The notes: generated by a model from the sequence alone, not told the origin. A stretch of 46,196 nt of DNA from an uncultured Clostridia bacterium (GCA_904501715.1 CAJGCD010000002.1:1-46196), one strand, 5' to 3'; shown: positions 18,187-25,924, counted from the first letter of the stretch. Made by a program: numbers and translations.

Positions 18187-19035
18187 GTGTATTCAAGAGT
18201 CTACGTTGAAATAACGAATATATGTAATATGAGCTGCTCCTTCTGCCACGGCACGCGAAGAGAAAAAAGGCAGATGACTTTGGGAGAATTTGCTCGCGTG
18301 GCGGGAAATCTGCGAGGTATTACCGAGTACTTATATCTCCACGTGATGGGAGAGCCGCTGACGCACCCTATGCTTCCCGCGTTTATTGAATACGCTAACA
18401 AATGCGGCTTCAAGGTAGCCATCACCACCAACGGCACGCTCTTGAGGAATATGGGCGAAAAGCTTATTCTGGCGGGAGTCTACAAGGTAAATATTTCTCT
18501 TCACAGCTTTGAGGGCGAAAACAGTCAGAAACAGACCGAATATATAGAGAGCTGTATAGATTTTGCCGACCGCGCAAGCCGTGCGGGCGTACTTACGGTC
18601 CTGCGGCTATGGAACAGAGCGGACGACGAGAGGGGAGAGAGAGCGGCAGAGCGCAACAGTCTGACACTCTCACTTCTCAAGGACCGCTTTGGCGGGGATT
18701 GGCACATAGGAGCGCGTGGAGCGCGAATACGCGACAAGCTGCATATTGAATACGGAGAGCGTTTTGGGTGGCCCGATATGAATGCTCCCGACCTTGGAGA
18801 GCGCGTATTCTGCCACGGACTTGACGATCATTTCGCCATATTGGCAGACGGAAGCGTAGTTCCCTGCTGTCTTGATGCCGAGGGAGATATGACTCTGGGA
18901 AATATATTTGAGAGCGATATCCGCAGCATACTTGCGTCGGATAGAGCCCAAAAAATTGCCGAAGGCTTTAAAAATAAAATAGCGTCCGAGGAGCTTTGCA
19001 GAAAATGCGCCTACGCCAGACGCTTTAAAATATAG
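18187..19035 (+). CDS. radical SAM / SPASM-like domain protein
   Basis: GTG start 7 nt after a GGGAGG SD. CNMSCSFC is a CX3CX2C cluster at aa 13-20. The C-terminus is Cys-rich (CHG..PCCLD..CRKC). Confidence 0.8.
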   Translation: MYSRVYVEITNICNMSCSFCHGTRREKRQMTLGEFARVAGNLRGITEYLYLHVMGEPLTHPMLPAFIEYANKCGFKVAITTNGTLLRNMGEKLILAGVYKVNISLHSFEGENSQKQTEYIESCIDFADRASRAGVLTVLRLWNRADDERGERAAERNSLTLSLLKDRFGGDWHIGARGARIRDKLHIEYGERFGWPDMNAPDLGERVFCHGLDDHFAILADGSVVPCCLDAEGDMTLGNIFESDIRSILASDRAQKIAEGFKNKIASEELCRKCAYARRFKI

Positions 19036-19058
19036 TTTTGAAAAAATCTCTTAATCCC

Positions 19059-19087
19059 TTGACTTCAATCTGCAAAAGTGCTATAAT
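19059..19087 (+). promoter_or_regulatory. sigma-A promoter of the lipoprotein gene
   Basis: TTGACT (19059-19064), 17-nt spacer, TATAAT (19082-19087). Confidence 0.7.
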
Positions 19088-19121
19088 CAAGACATAAATT
19101 ACTTAGGAGGTAATTATAAAA

Positions 19122-20666
19122 ATGAAAAAATTAGCATTGATTTTACTGGCGATCATTCTTTGCTTCTCCCTCTGCCTTACGGGCTGTAACAAGGACAAGA
19201 ACACCGCAAGCAGCTCCGAGACCTCGGGAAGCACAACTCCCGCTCCCGCACCTCAGCCCCTTGATAAAACGGCTGCCGTAGAGGCATTCAACTCATTTGA
19301 TATAACCAAGATAATGGACAACACAGGTCTTTCAAAGGACGACGTGACCAAGCTTGCCACTGACCTTAAGGTCGGTATGGATGCAAGCGTCAAGGTAGGC
19401 AACAGCACTATGAACGCTTCTATCGCCATAAAGGACGGCTACGCCTATTATAACGTGGCAGAAGGCGAGCACGGTGAGGAATTCTGGCTGTACTTCGGCA
19501 ACGGAAGCCTTACCGCATTTGAAAAGGAAGACGGCAAATGGGAAATTGCCGGACAGAACGAGCCCGAGGCGCAGCCTCAGCCCACCGAAAAGCCCGCTCA
19601 AACTTATCAAACTAATAGCCCCCAGCTTATGGCTGACGTAACCGAGGAGCCCAAAACACAGCTTGACGCTATGTACGCACAGGCAGAAGAGATACTCAAG
19701 CTCATAAAGAAGCCCGAGCTTAAGGATTCTCACCTTACCGAGAAGGACGGATTGTTCTATATCAGCAACGACTTTATCTTGGACGCAATCAAGGCTAACG
19801 CGGCATTCTTCTTGGGATATGATCCCGAGGAGGCTATTCCCGCGGAGGAGCTTAACGATTTTATGGATGAAGCCAAGGAAAGCCTTGATGCTTCGGGACT
19901 TGAGATAGCCTTCGCGGCAAACAACAAGGCTGTGACCAAGCTTCACGTGGCTATAAATACTGATGAGACCACCGAGCTCGGCAAGGAGATTATTTCCGAT
20001 TACTTTATGTCCGCCGCATCCATAGATATGGATATCACCGATGACGGTATGACGGTTAAGAGCCTTACCTTCAAGCAAACTCATTCCTTCGAGAAGTATG
20101 AAAAGGGTCTCAAGCCCGAGTCCACAATAACTCTTAACACCGTATTCAACGACAAGAACGAGCCCGTAGGCTTCAATCTTGACGTAGCGGCTACCGCTGC
20201 GAAGCAGGATTGGAAATATGATGATGAAGCCAACGACGCTAATACCGATATATACGAAATAGTTATGTACAAGGCTACCGTAAAGGGCTTTGTTGACAGC
20301 AGCAAGTTTACTACCGCAGGTGCGGAGTGCGCAAATCTTACCTTCAAGCTTGAGCCCACAAAGGCGTTCAAGAGAACGGTAGTTTACACCCAAACACAGA
20401 TCAGCGAGCACCATTATAAATCTGAAAAGACATCCGATACCTCAGTAGCTATGGCGCTGTCGGATGCAGACTGCTTTAACGCCTCTGCCGAGCTTAAGAT
20501 AACCTGCGAGAGCGCTAACAAGCTTGTTGCGGCAGGCTCATTGAGCTTAACCGCTGGCGACGAATCTATGACCTATACCGCTACGGGTAACCTTTATATG
20601 AACAATGTTCTTAACTTCCCCACCTCTATCCCCGCAGAGATTACCGCTTACGTTAACGCACAGTAA
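19122..20666 (+). CDS. hypothetical lipoprotein (514 aa)
   Basis: AGGAGG SD. Signal peptide with lipobox LTGC. A Ser/Thr/Pro linker precedes an acidic extracytoplasmic domain with no motif I recognise. Confidence 0.6.
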   Translation: MKKLALILLAIILCFSLCLTGCNKDKNTASSSETSGSTTPAPAPQPLDKTAAVEAFNSFDITKIMDNTGLSKDDVTKLATDLKVGMDASVKVGNSTMNASIAIKDGYAYYNVAEGEHGEEFWLYFGNGSLTAFEKEDGKWEIAGQNEPEAQPQPTEKPAQTYQTNSPQLMADVTEEPKTQLDAMYAQAEEILKLIKKPELKDSHLTEKDGLFYISNDFILDAIKANAAFFLGYDPEEAIPAEELNDFMDEAKESLDASGLEIAFAANNKAVTKLHVAINTDETTELGKEIISDYFMSAASIDMDITDDGMTVKSLTFKQTHSFEKYEKGLKPESTITLNTVFNDKNEPVGFNLDVAATAAKQDWKYDDEANDANTDIYEIVMYKATVKGFVDSSKFTTAGAECANLTFKLEPTKAFKRTVVYTQTQISEHHYKSEKTSDTSVAMALSDADCFNASAELKITCESANKLVAAGSLSLTAGDESMTYTATGNLYMNNVLNFPTSIPAEITAYVNAQ

Positions 20667-20675
20667 TCAAATAAT

Positions 20676-20716
20676 AAAAATCACGCAGCCGCTTTTGCGG
20701 CTGCGTGATTTTTTCT
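20676..20716 (+). terminator. rho-independent terminator
   Basis: AAATCACGCAGCCGC / GCGGCTGCGTGATTT stem with loop tttt, followed by a T-run. Confidence 0.85.
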
Positions 20717-20726
20717 TTTCTACATT

Positions 20727-20798
20727 AAGGATAAGCTGACATGGCAGCAGTATGCGGGAATTACCCTCTGCCTCGTGGGAACCTGCCTGTTTTTGTGA
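20727..20798 (+). pseudogene. possible 3' relic of a DMT/EamA-type transporter gene
   Basis: This frame reads ..KDKLTWQQYAGITLCLVGTCLFL-stop. That looks like the last TM helix of a DMT/EamA or SMR-type protein. It has no start codon or upstream body and is followed by its own terminator. Confidence 0.3.
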
Positions 20799-20800
20799 TA

Positions 20801-20832
20801 AAAAAGGAAAGAGCCTCGCTCTTTCCTTTTTA
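20801..20832. terminator. bidirectional terminator
   Basis: AAAGGAAAGAGC / GCTCTTTCCTTT stem with loop ctc, lying between the relic and the TauE gene end. Confidence 0.75.
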
Positions 20833-20839
20833 TTTATCC

Positions 20840-21580
20840 TCAAATCAACGATGTTATGATATTGATAATTCCGCTGACCGCCATAACTCCATAGACCGAT
20901 TTTTTAATAAGCTTGGGCTCTGCTTTGCTTCTTGCGAGCTTCCCAAGCAAAGCACCTGCAAGCATTCCAAGAGCACCGAACAAAATGCCCCACCATACGT
21001 TCAGAGTCATAAATCCCGAAAAGGCTTTCATTGTCACTCCTATAACTCCCGACAGAAAGAAATACGCCGATATAGTCGCCATATAACTGTCCGTATCCTC
21101 CTCGGATTGCAAATAATAGATAACCACGGGAGGACCGCCTATGGAAAACAAACCGCTCATAACACCCGAAAGCGAGCCCGCTATAAGACCCGCATACCAT
21201 GTTGGTTTTATCTTGATCTTGTCCGAAAAGAAGAAAAAATACACGCTGAGAGCAAAGAGAGCTATTCCCAAAAGTAAAACCAGCGTATCGTTTTTGGCAT
21301 CCTTCATAAAGGATATTGAAAGATAATTGAATATCAAGCTCCCCACCAAGGGAAAAACAAGGTTTTTCCAATTTATTTTGCGGAACAAGGTAACAGCAAC
21401 CAAAATTGAGGTCACTGCCCCCAAAATAGTGGACAGCATATTTGCCTCGATATACAGTAAAAAGCTTGGCAAAAAAATCATCGCCACGATACCGAAGCCA
21501 AATCCCGTAACGCTTTGAGTATAGCTTGCAAGAAAAGCTACTCCCGCAATTAAAATAATTTTATATATTTCTGCTTCCAT
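20840..21580 (-). CDS. TauE/SafE (TSUP) family sulfite/anion exporter
   Basis: 246 aa with 7-8 TM helices. The N-terminal ..ASYTQSVTGFGFGIV is typical of the family. Confidence 0.8.
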   Translation of the reverse strand: MEAEIYKIILIAGVAFLASYTQSVTGFGFGIVAMIFLPSFLLYIEANMLSTILGAVTSILVAVTLFRKINWKNLVFPLVGSLIFNYLSISFMKDAKNDTLVLLLGIALFALSVYFFFFSDKIKIKPTWYAGLIAGSLSGVMSGLFSIGGPPVVIYYLQSEEDTDSYMATISAYFFLSGVIGVTMKAFSGFMTLNVWWGILFGALGMLAGALLGKLARSKAEPKLIKKSVYGVMAVSGIINIITSLI

Positions 21581-21603
21581 AGTTCCTATCTAAATCCCTA
21601 TTT

Positions 21604-22293
21604 TCATACTTCGCGGCGAAACAGAGTCATTTCGCCGTTCTTTACACGGTTAACGAAGTCAGTCTCGTCAACAATAGGAGTATCGGACTGCATTCCCCCA
21701 AGAGTTTTCTGCTTCGCTCCCGAGTGATTATCCGAGCCCGCAAAGGACAACAGACCGTAATTCTTGGCGTATTCCTCCGCCATTTTGTTTTCAAAATCGG
21801 TACGGCAACCGTTATAAATCTCTACCCCATGAACGTGTCTTGGAAACAAACGGATGCAAGCAATATAGCTTGCCTCACGGAAGGGGTGCGCCTGAATGAC
21901 CAGAGCCCCATGCTCTGACATTAGGCTAAGCTGCTGCCGCTTTTCCATTCCTTCTATTTCGGGATGCATCAAAAACCATTCCTTATCAAGCCCGTAAACA
22001 AGAAAATCGGTTCCGCCGTAGGACGTCTCAATTCCGCAAAAAACAGACAACCCAAGCTCCTTGCCTATGCGAACTCCCTCCTCATAGTCAGAGAAGAAAA
22101 AGTTTATGCGCTCCTCATAAGGCATACTACGGTCTATATTTATATTTCCGTCAATAAAGTGATTTGTTATAAATATTCCCTCATAGCCTTGGCTTTTATA
22201 AAATTCCACAACATCTCTCACCGTCACCCTTGCGCATTTGCTTACCGGGTAGGTGTGAAGATGGGTTTCGTATAGGTACTCTCCGTTACTCAT
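21604..22293 (-). CDS. PHP-domain metal-dependent phosphoesterase
   Basis: THLHTYPVS, ITNHF, QAHPFR and GSDNHS His/Asp motifs are present. AAGAGGAA SD. Confidence 0.75.
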   Translation of the reverse strand: MSNGEYLYETHLHTYPVSKCARVTVRDVVEFYKSQGYEGIFITNHFIDGNINIDRSMPYEERINFFFSDYEEGVRIGKELGLSVFCGIETSYGGTDFLVYGLDKEWFLMHPEIEGMEKRQQLSLMSEHGALVIQAHPFREASYIACIRLFPRHVHGVEIYNGCRTDFENKMAEEYAKNYGLLSFAGSDNHSGAKQKTLGGMQSDTPIVDETDFVNRVKNGEMTLFRREV

Positions 22294-22367
22294 ATCTAAT
22301 TCCTCTTTATTGTACTTAATAAAGTATAGCCCCCCTTAAAGTCTGCAATAGTTGCCGAGAGCATTTC

Positions 22368-23183
22368 TCAGATATACAATTTCGGCAAGATTGCTTTTTC
22401 GTCGACGAGCGGGTCGGCTCCCTCTGAATTTTTCATAATACTCTCCATAACGTCCTTCATAATACGCGCGTCGCACAGTTGTGCGGGGGCGTTCCCGATA
22501 AATCCGTCGCGTATTGCACCGTGGTAACGGAATGCCGTCTCATACTTTGGGAAGCGCAGCGAAACGTCATCGGTAAAAGAGGTCTTATGGGCGCGTATTT
22601 TGGTCTTTACAAGCTCTCCCGAGCTGAGCTTTACGGTTACGTCAAGAGGCTCGGAAAGTCTGTTGGACGTACCGATAATCTCCTCAACACAGTGCAGATA
22701 GGTGTTTTTATTGTGCGCAACGCCCGCGAGCAGAATATATCCTCCCTCGCGGTATATCTTCCCGTAACAGCTCTCGGGAGCAGTTCCTGAGGTTACGTTT
22801 ATCTCATCCTTTATAAATTCGAGCGCTCTGCGGCGGTTTCCGAAGACCGTCATAGAGTGAGTGGGATTCTCTGAGCGTATTCCTCTTTGGTCCGCCGCGG
22901 CAAAATCCGAAAACGCACCAAGACAAGTCTTGGGGTCGTTCATATCAAGTGTGATATCCTTTTTCAGATTAGCCCAGGTGTGTGTGGGAACGCAAAAAAG
23001 TCCCCCCTCCGAGGTAAAATATTCTATCATTGCGTCAAGAAGAGTCTTAGCTCCTCCCTCGACTTTGCCTATAAGACGAATCGAGGAATGCATCAAAACA
23101 ACCGAGCCCCTTGGCTCGCCCATAGCACTAAGCTGGTCGATTATATCTTCTTTCGTGTAAACTCTATTCAAATCTAAAGTCAT
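22368..23183 (-). CDS. AAC(3)-family (Antibiotic_NAT) N-acetyltransferase homologue
   Basis: Start trimmed to the ATG at 23183, 21 nt after the upstream stop. VVLMHSSIRLIGKVEGGAKTLLDAMIEY..GGLFCVPTHTW matches the AAC(3) fold signature. Confidence 0.7.
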   Translation of the reverse strand: MTLDLNRVYTKEDIIDQLSAMGEPRGSVVLMHSSIRLIGKVEGGAKTLLDAMIEYFTSEGGLFCVPTHTWANLKKDITLDMNDPKTCLGAFSDFAAADQRGIRSENPTHSMTVFGNRRRALEFIKDEINVTSGTAPESCYGKIYREGGYILLAGVAHNKNTYLHCVEEIIGTSNRLSEPLDVTVKLSSGELVKTKIRAHKTSFTDDVSLRFPKYETAFRYHGAIRDGFIGNAPAQLCDARIMKDVMESIMKNSEGADPLVDEKAILPKLYI

Positions 23184-23203
23184 AGTTACACCGCCTCTGC
23201 GCC

Positions 23204-24037
23204 TTACCAAAGGCACTTTTCCGAAAGCTCTGAAATATCTCCGTCCCTGAAGCCTACGGCGAGAAGATATTTTTCCACGGCAGGGCGCACGTCCGCATAT
23301 CCGTTGTGGGAATCCGAGCCGTAGGTAACAGGAATGCCCATTTCAAACAGCTCGCGGAGGAATTCCGCGTACTGACGTCTGAATTTTTCCGTAGCCTTGC
23401 CCGAGGTAAAGAAATGCGAGTTGCATTCAACGTATTTCCCGTTTTCCTTCAGCGCCGAGGCAATATCTATATTCATTGAGCGGGGAATTATCGAAAAGTC
23501 ATCATACCAGATGGCCTTGCCGTGATACCAAGGATGACCGAGTACGGTGACACGCTCGTCGCAGGCCAGCCACATCTGTTGACGGTACCATTCCTTGATG
23601 CAGGCGTCAAGGTCGACGGGAAGAGCCTTTGCCCCGGGGACATCCACACGCCAATGAGCTGCGCCGATGGCGTATCGCACGCCGAGAGAGATAAGCTCCT
23701 CTTTTGTAGCGGCAAGCTCGATACCGTAGGGCGTTCCCTGCTCGGGAGGTAGGTAGCCTTCTCTTGTTCCCGTTTTCGCGATATAGTCAAATTCGGGCTT
23801 TTCAATGGGAGTAAGCTCAACACCGAGTATCATATAAGGATACCTTTTCTGAGCCTCCTTAACCGCTGCCGCAGACGCGCGGAGATCACCCATAAATTTT
23901 TCATCGTTAAAATTTGCGTGGTCGGTAATTCCAACAAAGCGCAATCCCTGCGCCTTAGAGTTAGACGCTATGGTCTCAATCGGCGCACTTGCGTCGTATG
24001 AATATTCACTGTGTATGTGCCAATCAGAATGAATCAT
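23204..24037 (-). CDS. PHP-domain metal-dependent phosphoesterase (second paralogue)
   Basis: ATG at 24037 lies 7 nt after an AGGCGG SD. Motifs are DWHIHSEYSYD, GITDHANF and YGSDSH. Confidence 0.75.
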   Translation of the reverse strand: MIHSDWHIHSEYSYDASAPIETIASNSKAQGLRFVGITDHANFNDEKFMGDLRASAAAVKEAQKRYPYMILGVELTPIEKPEFDYIAKTGTREGYLPPEQGTPYGIELAATKEELISLGVRYAIGAAHWRVDVPGAKALPVDLDACIKEWYRQQMWLACDERVTVLGHPWYHGKAIWYDDFSIIPRSMNIDIASALKENGKYVECNSHFFTSGKATEKFRRQYAEFLRELFEMGIPVTYGSDSHNGYADVRPAVEKYLLAVGFRDGDISELSEKCLW

Positions 24038-24060
24038 TTTCACACCGCCTTTCTGGGTTT

Positions 24061-24089
24061 ATTATAGCACACATTTGCGGGAATGTAAA
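24061..24089 (-). promoter_or_regulatory. sigma-A promoter of the PHP-AAC(3)-PHP operon
   Basis: On the minus strand: TTTACA (24084-24089), 17-nt spacer, TATAAT (24061-24066). Confidence 0.6.
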
Positions 24090-24155
24090 GAAGAATTTGC
24101 ATTTGGCACCAGTGGACACGCCTGCGGCGAGGATTCGCACGCTCTCCGCCTGACC

Positions 24156-24226
24156 GTAGGGGTCGGCGCCTCGACGACCCGAAAAATCCATCGAACAAAC
24201 GGGCTGTCGTGGGCGCCAGCCCCTAC
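24156..24226. repeat. second REPIN-like doublet of GTAG-headed hairpins (20-bp spacer)
   Basis: GTAGGGGTCGGCGCCTCGACGACCC (24156-24180) is the forward copy. The inverted copy at 24201-24226 reads GTAGGGGCTGGCGCCCACGACAGCCC as its reverse complement. Confidence 0.7.
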
Positions 24227-24408
24227 CGAGAACAGCGGCGAATGCGAACCTAATTCCGCTGCGCGGGGCGGGCACTAGGGTACTCGCCGTTGGCGAGGAT
24301 TCTTCGCCGAGCCTCCCGTGAGCGAGCTCCCGTCGGCTTTCGGCTCGAATGCGAACCTAGCTCCACAACGCTTCGCGTTGCGTAGCAACGTTTCGAAGCG
24401 TTAGTGCT

Positions 24409-24453
24409 CCAGCCAAACAACAAAAAAGCCACCCGGTTGGGTGGCTTGTTGTT
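24409..24453 (-). terminator. rho-independent terminator of tRNA-Gln inside a longer palindrome
   Basis: Core stem GCCACCC (24428-34) / GGGTGGC (24439-45), with T6 on the minus strand. The outer 15-bp arms at 24409-23 and 24446-60 extend the palindrome into the tRNA 3' end. Confidence 0.8.
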
Positions 24454-24529
24454 TGGCTGGGGCACTAGGATTCGAACCTAGGTAATGACGGAGTCAGAGT
24501 CCGTTGCCTTACCGCTTGGCGATGCCCCA
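24454..24529 (-). tRNA. tRNA-Gln (anticodon CTG), CCA encoded
   Basis: Manual cloverleaf. The acceptor is TGGGGCA/TGCCCCA, the anticodon loop CTCTGAC, the T-arm CTAGGTTCGAATCCTAG. Confidence 0.9.
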
Positions 24530-24540
24530 TTGACTTGGCT

Positions 24541-24569
24541 ATTATATCACAAAGAATTTCCTTTGTCAA
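24541..24569 (-). promoter_or_regulatory. consensus sigma-A promoter of tRNA-Gln
   Basis: On the minus strand: TTGACA (24564-24569), 17-nt spacer, TATAAT (24541-24546). Confidence 0.8.
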
Positions 24570-24673
24570 GCCTTTTTTGAAAAATATTTCCTCTCTTTTT
24601 TATCCTGTTTCATATATATATTTCCTCTATTTTATATTTTTATTCCATTTTGAAAAATATCGTCAAAATGTGA

Positions 24674-24702
24674 TTGAAAATCCTTCGATAATGTGTTATA
24701 AT
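24674..24702 (+). promoter_or_regulatory. sigma-A promoter of tRNA-Arg
   Basis: TTGAAA (24674-24679), 17-nt spacer, TATAAT (24697-24702). Confidence 0.75.
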
Positions 24703-24717
24703 ATGTAGGTCATATAT

Positions 24718-24794
24718 CTGCCCGTGGCACAGCTGGATAGCGCGTCAGACTCCGACTCTGAAGGTCGAAGGTTCAAATCCTTTCGGGCAGGCCA
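24718..24794 (+). tRNA. tRNA-Arg (anticodon CCG), CCA encoded
   Basis: Manual cloverleaf. The acceptor is CTGCCCG/CGGGCAG, the anticodon stem TCAGA/TCTGA with loop CTCCGAC, the T-arm GAAGGTTCAAATCCTTT. The D stem has one A-C mismatch. Confidence 0.85.
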
Positions 24795-24795
24795 A

Positions 24796-24835
24796 ATAAC
24801 CAAAGGGGTAGCAACACTACCCCTTTGGTTATTTC
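24796..24835 (+). terminator. terminator hairpin after tRNA-Arg
   Basis: 14-bp stem AACCAAAGGGGTAG / CTACCCCTTTGGTT with loop caaca, followed by ATTT. Confidence 0.7.
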
Positions 24836-24943
24836 ACTTATCCCTTTCGATGCGGAGCCTCTCCAATGCCATAGGCATTGGATTAATCGGCGCATACCAC
24901 TCACTTCCCTTTCTATCTGTCTTTCGCGCCGATTTAGGTTCCT

Positions 24944-24965
24944 AAATCCTTTCGGGCAGGCCAAA
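24944..24965 (+). repeat. direct duplicate of the tRNA-Arg 3' end (att-like)
   Basis: AAATCCTTTCGGGCAGGCCAAA is identical to 24775-24796. The similarity extends 5' to AGGTTC with a 2-nt indel. Confidence 0.8.
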
Positions 24966-24997
24966 AATTCGACAAGTTTCGACTTGTCGAATTTTTT
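24963..24997 (+). terminator. rho-independent terminator-like hairpin
   Basis: AATTCGACAAGT / ACTTGTCGAATT stem followed by T6. Confidence 0.7.
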
Positions 24998-25108
24998 ATC
25001 CGAGCCGCAGGCCGCCCTTGTTCTTTTTTAAAACAATTGTTAATTTTATGTGTTTGATCGAATGAACAATTCAAGTCATTTTGTGAGGAATATATATAGG
25101 ATTACATT

Positions 25109-25924
25109 TTATGTTTTATTCCCCTTATGAAATTTTCTATACTGTGAGGGGGAGCATCCCACCTTTTCTTTAAATATGTTGGAAAAATAATACTCATCGG
25201 AGAAGCACAGCTTCGTGGCGATTTCCTTTACAGAAAGGTTCGTGTCGATAAATAGCTTTTTGGCAAAGTCCATTTTTTTATTCAAAACGTAAGTGTAAGG
25301 CGTTATTCCATAAAGCTTTTTAAATATCCGTATAGTTTGAGATTCGGACTTGGAAATATGCTTACACAAAAGCTCCAAGTGAAATTTTGAGGTTATCTGG
25401 GTATTTAAAAAGTCCTTCATTTCCATGCCTATGATTGAAGTCACATCGTCCTTTTTCATATTAATGTGCATCTTCAAAAATATCTCGTTCAATATCACGA
25501 TCAATTCGGGAGTGTTATCCATTCTCCCTTTCTTGGCGATTTCTATAATTTGCTTGATCTCGTTTCCAAGATCAAGTCCGACGAAATGAGCCGTATCTAA
25601 TAATCCGTAACCCTCAATAAGATTTTCGACAAGCTTTCCCGAAATATTTATGAAATGCTTTTTCCATGGATCATCGCTGTTTGAAAAGTAATAGTGGTCT
25701 TTGCCCGCGTGGAGAAAATAGCTGTCACCTGCTTTTGGAAAATAGGTCTGGTCATTGAGCTTTATCGTGCCGCCTCCCTCCTCAACGTATTCTATGCACC
25801 ACACCTCTGATGAAGGTCGGTATATCTTATAATTTTTGTCGGGAAATGTTGTTCCACATAATTGGAATTTTATAAGACCTTGCATTTTTCCTTTTTGGTT
25901 TATTCTGTATAGCTCTTCTTTCAT
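25109..25924 (-). CDS. AraC family transcriptional regulator (cupin + HTH)
   Basis: C-terminal AraC HTH (..ITPYTYVLNKKMDFAKKLF..SVKEIATKLCFSDEYYFSNIFKEKVGCSPSQYR). Start set at ATG 25924 (GAGGAA SD 7 nt upstream), with ATG 25942 as an alternative. The longer ORF to 26176 overlaps the divergent gene and looks spurious. Confidence 0.8.
   Translation of the reverse strand: MKEELYRINQKGKMQGLIKFQLCGTTFPDKNYKIYRPSSEVWCIEYVEEGGGTIKLNDQTYFPKAGDSYFLHAGKDHYYFSNSDDPWKKHFINISGKLVENLIEGYGLLDTAHFVGLDLGNEIKQIIEIAKKGRMDNTPELIVILNEIFLKMHINMKKDDVTSIIGMEMKDFLNTQITSKFHLELLCKHISKSESQTIRIFKKLYGITPYTYVLNKKMDFAKKLFIDTNLSVKEIATKLCFSDEYYFSNIFKEKVGCSPSQYRKFHKGNKT

Noticed and set aside
19332-20414. 360-aa ORF antisense to the 514-aa lipoprotein gene. 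Similar long antisense or shadow ORFs occur at 1184-1849, 5555-6346, 11230-11958, 16131-17057, 16726-17508, 32005-32862, 40937-41980 and 43342-44025.
   Set aside because: Each lies entirely inside a gene with a clear family assignment on the opposite strand. None has an SD. Their composition is low-complexity and Leu/Ser/Arg/Gly-rich, as expected for reverse-frame translation. The coding strand has strong RNY-type periodicity that suppresses stops on the antisense frame.
22368-23183. Calling the AAC(3) homologue an acquired aminoglycoside-resistance gene.
   Set aside because: No mobile-element context is present. It is embedded in a chromosomal operon with PHP genes. Family membership alone does not establish a resistance phenotype.
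24024-24465. ORFs 24024-24275(-), 24075-24278(+) and 24250-24465(-) in the GC-rich block.
   Set aside because: They are translations of hairpin repeats (for example VGVGASTTR / RRGADPYG from the GTAG hairpins). They have no SD, they overlap each other, and they overlap the tRNA terminator.
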